NCBI GenBank assembly: GCA_001643675.2
Contig: LSRY02000010.1
Span: 62,001-126,000 of the forward strand
DNA from: Monocercomonoides exilis PA203
Lineage: Eukaryota > Protista > Preaxostyla
Direction: 5' to 3'
DNA length: 64,000 bases
The position numbers and the translations under genes are program-made. Below are positions 61,201-64,000 of this stretch, piece by piece. Below the pieces are notes generated by a model. The model made no database searches. It was not told the origin of the DNA and saw only the letters and a list, made by a program, of their open reading frames with translations. Within the stretch, counting starts at the first letter, position 1; each line of letters opens with the position of its first letter.

Positions 61201-64000
61201 TCCCAGACCGTGCATGCTGCCTGTTGGAGCTGCACATCCCACGAATGTGCACCCAGTCACTCTCAGCTGTGTGCACTTCCCCATGCTCAGTGCCAGTGCA
61301 CCCCCACCTTCGCTTGCTCCACCCACACTGCACCCTTCAAACCAAGTGTTCTCCATCACCACCATCCTCCCGTTCTCTCCCTCCACACACTCGCCATCAC
61401 CACACTCAACATCCACACACGATCCGTTCCCACTCGAGCGCTGCATCGACACAAACGAGCAGTTCATCACTTGCATTGTGCTCAGCACTCCTGCCTTCAC
61501 AAACGGAGACTGTGCCTGTGAGACATCTGAAATATTCGAGTTCTGCAGAGTGAGTGACCCACACAAAGACACCCCAATCACTCCACCTGCCCCACCTGTG
61601 GTGGTGTTCGTGCATGCCAGCCCATCCATCACACATTTGCTGTGCTCTCCTTCCACACCCACAAGGCACCCAGACCCAAATCTGATCCCACTCACAGCAA
61701 ACGAGCTCACATTCACTGTTCCCTTCTCAACACGCACAAACACACACCCAAACACTGTGTCTTCTTGCTGCTTCTGCACCCCACACCCTGCCATCGTGAG
61801 CATGCTGCCTCGGCAGACCACCACACTCGCAACACCCACCCCAACACCCGACCCCATCCTGAACACAATGTTCGACAGCGTGTTCCTCTTCTCTGACACA
61901 ATCACCCCATCCCCACCTGCTCCACTGCTTGTTATCTGCCCCATCCCAATCAGCGTGTGCTCCTGCTCACACCCGACTGCCCACTCCTCTCGCTCCATCT
62001 CCACCTTCTCCTCCCACACAAACCCTTCCTCCAACACAATGTTCTTGTTCAACCCCCCAAACCGCAGTTGAGCAATGTGCGCCAGTGTGCTGCACCCATA
62101 CCCGCGATATCCACACCCGCTGAAGTCCCGGCTGTTCGCTCCCCCCACAAACCCTGGCCCTCCAAACTCCTGCAGATACAGGCACAGAGGGATTGCATAC
62201 GATTCGTCTCCGCCTTCAAACCCCATCAGCTCCTTGTGATTCTCTGCCTCAAACTTCACCTCAAACTGCATGCTCGAAACACTCACCGACCAATTCAGAT
62301 TTTTCACATCCACAAACACATTCTTCCCCCTCCACCCCTCGCACCCTGAAAACACAACTTCCCTCCCAAACACAAACCACCCAGACTGTCCTGCCTGTCC
62401 TGCCTGCCCTCCACCCTCCACAGCCTTCACATACACCCCGCCTCCTTTCCCCTTCTGCTCCCCCTCAGCACCTACACTGCATCCATCAAACCTGACACAC
62501 GAATTGTTCCCAATCGCCACCCCGCTCTCCTCCCCCAGCCACACTGCAACTGCCCCGCCATTCCCCTTCCCACACATGCATCTCTCAAAACTCACATTCC
62601 CCAGCTCCACCACCTCCTGCCTCCCCAGTCTTTTCTCAAACACACTCCCATCCCCTTCCACTCGGCTGATATCCCGAAACACTGAGTCTGCCACTCGCAC
62701 CTGCCCTGACGCTGCCCACTCCACCAGCGGCTTGCCCTTCAGCACAAACGACGAGATCGTGCTCAACTCCAGCACCAGCACCCCATCTTCAACCACAAAC
62801 ACACTCTCCACATATTCTGTCTGTGGAGCGCAGTTGCATGCTATTTCTGCCTTGCTGAACACCAACAACCCCGAGTCTCCCACTCTCACCAGCGATATCT
62901 GCTCGTTTGTGCTCTTCGTTATTGCCACACTGCTCACATTCACCAACCCCCCTGATATGTCCACAAACGGTCCTCCCACTCCTGCCGGAACTGCAATCCC
63001 TGGCTTCTCGCTCCCTTTCCCACACACATTCACCACCATCCCACTGAGCACCAAAGCCTCATTCGGATTGAATGCCGAAGGCAGCAACACGATGTCTCCC
63101 CCATACGGGTTCTTCAGCTCCTGCAGCGCATAGTGGATTGTTGCACATCTCTCCCCCTCCACTTCCTCTTCGCCACACCCAGCCCCATCAGACCCATTTG
63201 ATGCATGCACATATCGCACTGGATATGCCAGCCAGAAATCGTATCCAGTGGCAGAATTATTGTAGAACACCCTATTCTGCCTGTTTGTTGATGATGACTG
63301 CTCAAACGGTGTATCTGTCAGCACAAGCGGCACAAAATACAAATCATGCCCCTGCTTATCACTTGCCACATTGTTGTGGAAATGGCAGAACAGCATGAAT
63401 TTTGGCTTTGGATTATCAGCTGGCGGAGTGTAGGCTTCGAAGTACAATGCCCCGCCATATTTTGCTTTGTTGTTCACAAACTTGCATTCACTCATCCTGA
63501 ATATTCCTATCAATCCATCTCGTGTTCCAAATGCTCCTGCATACGCATCTCTTGCAATGTTATTTTCAAAATCACAGTCGATCACGCTTAATGTGTTCAA
63601 CGTTGAAGCGTTCTGCCTGTAATAATATAAGGCTGCAATTCTCGATGCATTATTGTTCATAAACACACAGTGAGATGTACTCACCCCTTCTGAAAAAGGT
63701 CCATAACACATGATTCCTCCAACATGATATGGATTTGCAGTTCCGTTAATTATTAATGAATTGTTGACGGATATAGACTTTATATTGCTTGCCAAAATGG
63801 TGGAATGATATTTTGCAGTTGAATTGATAAATGTGCATGACTCAACATCGAGTTCACTCGAATAACCTCGAATACTAATGGCAGCTCCTCCATTCGCAAT
63901 TTCATCTCCTTCAATTTCGGAGATGCAATTTGTGAAAGTGTCATTCATAAAGGAGCAAGAAATAGATCTGTTAACTCCTGTTCCAATGTATTGCTCATTC
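52300..64000 (-). CDS. Giant type-I membrane beta-helix surface protein with TM and TKL-like pseudokinase tail (paralog of 12226-21441); 5' end outside window
   Basis: A 3882-aa ORF whose frame stays open to base 64000. It has eight CG-xn-C-x-[TS] modules and GGA(I/L/V) and FxxN/FxxC motifs. TM is WPFIVCIVIVVILLIALIVFIV. The tail contains LRWKAPELM...FSIGMMLWECLTLDVPF. Confidence 0.85.
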   Translation of the reverse strand, partial: NEQYIGTGVNRSISCSFMNDTFTNCISEIEGDEIANGGAAISIRGYSSELDVESCTFINSTAKYHSTILASNIKSISVNNSLIINGTANPYHVGGIMCYGPFSEGVSTSHCVFMNNNASRIAALYYYRQNASTLNTLSVIDCDFENNIARDAYAGAFGTRDGLIGIFRMSECKFVNNKAKYGGALYFEAYTPPADNPKPKFMLFCHFHNNVASDKQGHDLYFVPLVLTDTPFEQSSSTNRQNRVFYNNSATGYDFWLAYPVRYVHASNGSDGAGCGEEEVEGERCATIHYALQELKNPYGGDIVLLPSAFNPNEALVLSGMVVNVCGKGSEKPGIAVPAGVGGPFVDISGGLVNVSSVAITKSTNEQISLVRVGDSGLLVFSKAEIACNCAPQTEYVESVFVVEDGVLVLELSTISSFVLKGKPLVEWAASGQVRVADSVFRDISRVEGDGSVFEKRLGRQEVVELGNVSFERCMCGKGNGGAVAVWLGEESGVAIGNNSCVRFDGCSVGAEGEQKGKGGGVYVKAVEGGGQAGQAGQSGWFVFGREVVFSGCEGWRGKNVFVDVKNLNWSVSVSSMQFEVKFEAENHKELMGFEGGDESYAIPLCLYLQEFGGPGFVGGANSRDFSGCGYRGYGCSTLAHIAQLRFGGLNKNIVLEEGFVWEEKVEMEREEWAVGCEQEHTLIGMGQITSSGAGGDGVIVSEKRNTLSNIVFRMGSGVGVGVASVVVCRGSMLTMAGCGVQKQQEDTVFGCVFVRVEKGTVNVSSFAVSGIRFGSGCLVGVEGEHSKCVMDGLACTNTTTGGAGGVIGVSLCGSLTLQNSNISDVSQAQSPFVKAGVLSTMQVMNCSFVSMQRSSGNGSCVDVECGDGECVEGENGRMVVMENTWFEGCSVGGASEGGGALALSMGKCTQLRVTGCTFVGCAAPTGSMHGLGGGMLVRFAGEAAPFVVSDPVFSADNPNEASFGHDLFIEAPRLRSVATAQTLPFAVESPLTAVHAFEGYDGSDKAHAIPLIFFVREMGSTAHADSAAGLDVDACGFAAYPCHTLSQAVRRLSGWPKRVEVAGPFAMEEALGLSDPADLQIGGAAPGAECTVIGKESGGEGLVVLSGELPSSTAAFSSLCFVLPLSIKQHRSLFCQASQGTLAVSSASFIPHQSAASHTFTLFTALSGRVVVEDVVWQGIRLIDTQCANMSGTSVLVMGNVSFVETWTSSPKGLVWVWSAGAAASMEDARFELASQEHPCQAVHSDQALSLEIANTSFINQSRNTGHGSCVECTVKSEQTLAIQGCSFEMCSATDGNGGGVCVAMEAGGTAKITSSEGSATASAAAPSTFTKCTSHRGGAGSGGFGGGLFGVLQEGAVDFVVGGVAFSGCTADSGNNLFLQAKQLASVANNRTLGFVFDIAEGVADLNDLCGCSTDTAGTQAPIPLVVFFRAPPAERCVADGGADNAVCGFSDYPCETIAQAASPLVAQQSVAIKILSPFTLKDEVHLEVCPTVISAGEVGGTMGVVNGGRGEQAGLIETSCEVAFVSVCFAHPAVLTNRKALIVCNGGVLGLSSCQSVLQATAGLKCGFAIVRVVRGSLSMSSFEIRGTPFGVVGPFVFEGDAQEIEKAAIHNLTLEDVATESESGALSVSRVGVWKLGNSTISNSAQQYCPVVAMSEVGSSEVSNVTFENLNRHTGFGGVVSCAIGASQTARFERCTFVSCEIMSASMKGGSVFASVEQTGTFVFDTNKVSSSGVDGDSGLGGGLYVSMLGRTSAISMKSNTFVANRAWKGRHLYLECPSPRNTIRPLDFEDSFDAEMEDDELWVHDGSSGAVVDETLKRYLFSSSEEIVVVDKASGSDTPTCGSDLFPCESVSEGYLRMGTKQTTILVVSSAALATEIRRDNQALTIAGRNTTSLLVLGAGGHLVVSPSEALVTLTIHKLVLSMPAELSHTEAVLVGEGTLLMRQCEFRAADEEQSHTGTGAWALCIRGGKAQLDAVGVRGMCFAASGGFVWMCGGSAHLTRISVESVSAGGAGLVVGEGSGALELKASSFEDCVLNGGSTLSIGSGVDAELSGSCSWSRCRSSAGNGAALRCSLAGSQKLNMSDCSFQECVLDGNINGKGNGNYNDNSERKGKGGGIFLGIDQSSTNSFKLSHLTFGGNEAAFGNNLFLKCADLNTTATPARLVDLISSGDAPHDLEGTDERLFSGGVHDLRLFLQQRQASSSCIFPSGFDILGCGSEAYPCASLWRGMLNINPGSADKTLSIKASALIQNEFDLTSSTVASSSSTEKATITFASAILDSTRSCVVLSTGRLSFNRLDFSVAGGAFLRHSELISSSTPQGQLLFGNCSFAPAGTPQIEGTLVRAEGGSVQMEGCVFGAFAPSSSLLCINGSLEMNTTAFQGSRALGCDAGGLVGVSLGSGCHLSAAGCEFSHGECNKKTGRGGALYVKSTEADAAGQPFLLEAVTFASNDAAKGRNIYVDCFDINASVTPATFHFPYEPFVDDPNALVGSDQTFVDADLFRFLVPYTSSEIHLSNAGFDIARCGSPNDPCRSFVTGFEHIDASAAHKTISIGCSTAISRPADLSNFTCQSLPSEEAARSVLLFQEDSQGSNPFLLNSWSLSLSGISLQAVNGFSNEVSAIILNKQGSLALDKCAFEPHTSVAELGAYSFAVVEAGSLTCTQFESTNAHLVCSMFLLHAGSAGTFDAIHISSCSLSNCSLVEAASSTNRSPNSPSSISIFRSTLVDIVQTANKSCVVWSRGEGVVKVVVNETDVEGCRSSSTEKGGAVHYLLSSGGRLACVNSTLMQCSCSTGTGMGGGVYLETSMDGELGFLFQKMEFDSNAARHGRDIFVVCRNISGQINETQFRFDLREGVYNRINAICGLDDLSEGVVDLISFITTYQAAVVFVSSAGGEAGGGSNSRQCGSARQPCASIGYGLGHVVIEYGSAVVVESVGLLECEADFENISLTSKTSKMAVVSFSEPIVQTRDALVEAAGRVNVEGIQLAPGRDLSLTHSFVFSAANAEFQMISSAICPAEESSPSSLPSLPSLPTLIMCSSGECTIEKCAVRSVGFRSFFVGVDCFLSVNRLSLSSVELGQRCFDLSQGTKGFVLHEVSFEEIRAESTLVVVEKMSGKVLADNEGSDEMSLSLIQFSNISVQSDASAAVSLISLENPVVMQNCSFVGCQSHAERGSAGSILRCSAARVCTCLFDGSTGGSSSSLSSSGAAGGAEELCGWNGSVVDAEQSEVAMADTTVANSAEGGLSVSGGCVSAEAANFTGNAPSIPNYQSARRNVLCKANGKLVLVSVKGGDGMLPDSSLWISSEGCELGGLASDRASPLFIPQLTNVTMAQTGTTTQLVFCGALLLPCNLLFKVVTALGDEEAVEKYEFPESGFVSETEAHGAIPSSILEGSPDEAEVTVSILFGPIRSASTSSVVLKNRSKSQTSGDGIVVETVKEKEIAWPFIVCIVIVVILLIALIVFIVRWSKQKRRAEELEVIVEDTVKKDPKAFEMITMEMSPEEQWRRAEREAEKKNEERIKKMVYEKSLGHSESSEHLLSESGSTEYILGRDSDKIPDWALEKEEEEEETRKRTPSPSISSTSTTDTSDTDTTFVRPESMCPTTSSMSNLVDAMACSSPHEKLIVDLRDSLFMLLHGRNEKKEMAIGTLQEREVTAAQILFWVANGALHSFDEMENKLQSLANLSPHIVLFSEHMVICIAMHSDCSSSDDSYSSSISSSTIVTSSSDGSRRSKRYTRTPPPSSAFEDDEDNRNECLRWKAPELMNGAKKHATKKTVAFSIGMMLWECLTLDVPFGEYEAVIAGKKIASGERPNLKLVRGSDFAEFVEALLWYDWQKRPSLEGVKRELLGRMPAGAVMFTASDAISLEESASEEKRSTVEISSRAREEAQRLLKELTA

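Noticed and set aside
52268-63591. Dozens of overlapping plus-strand ORFs up to 378 aa
   Set aside because: Antisense shadows of a GC-rich coding region, with no recognisable motifs.
1-64000. Alternative genetic code (TAA/TAG = Gln) as in some oxymonads, or Sec readthrough
   Set aside because: Multi-kilobase Gln-rich ORFs are open in the standard code. Conserved genes end at the expected places in TAG (asnA) and TAA (pepT), and ORF breaks are explained by introns.
1-64000. tRNA, rRNA or snoRNA genes
   Set aside because: No convincing cloverleaf, rRNA signature or paired C/D boxes were seen by eye. tRNAscan-SE and Infernal would be needed to exclude them.

Overview
Eukaryotic, AT-rich, intron-containing protist DNA read with the standard genetic code. 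Gene content and style resemble an anaerobic oxymonad such as Monocercomonoides; this taxon call is an inference. I can support 12 protein-coding genes, several reassembled by hand across short spliceosomal introns. They are an ARM-like gene running off the left edge, a C-lobe-only pseudokinase, a GT8/glycogenin-like glycosyltransferase, two giant paralogous beta-helix surface receptors with pseudokinase tails, asnA, an RNF216-like RBR E3 ligase, a TmcB-like membrane protein ending in a hemerythrin domain, an SF-assemblin-like protein, pepT, a TTLL11-like tubulin glutamylase and a second ARM-like gene. The 42.7-45.4 kb gap holds a 450-bp Tc1/mariner-type MITE, a solo TIR and two copies of a dispersed ~160-bp repeat, whose third copy lies at ~22.1 kb. 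The most striking observation is the GT8 enzyme. About 25 Tyr-centred repeats (G-E-x-x-[TS]-S-Y-x6-G-x-I-x-T) are inserted in the interval where glycogenin carries its single self-glucosylated tyrosine, which suggests a multi-primer glycogenin-like scaffold.
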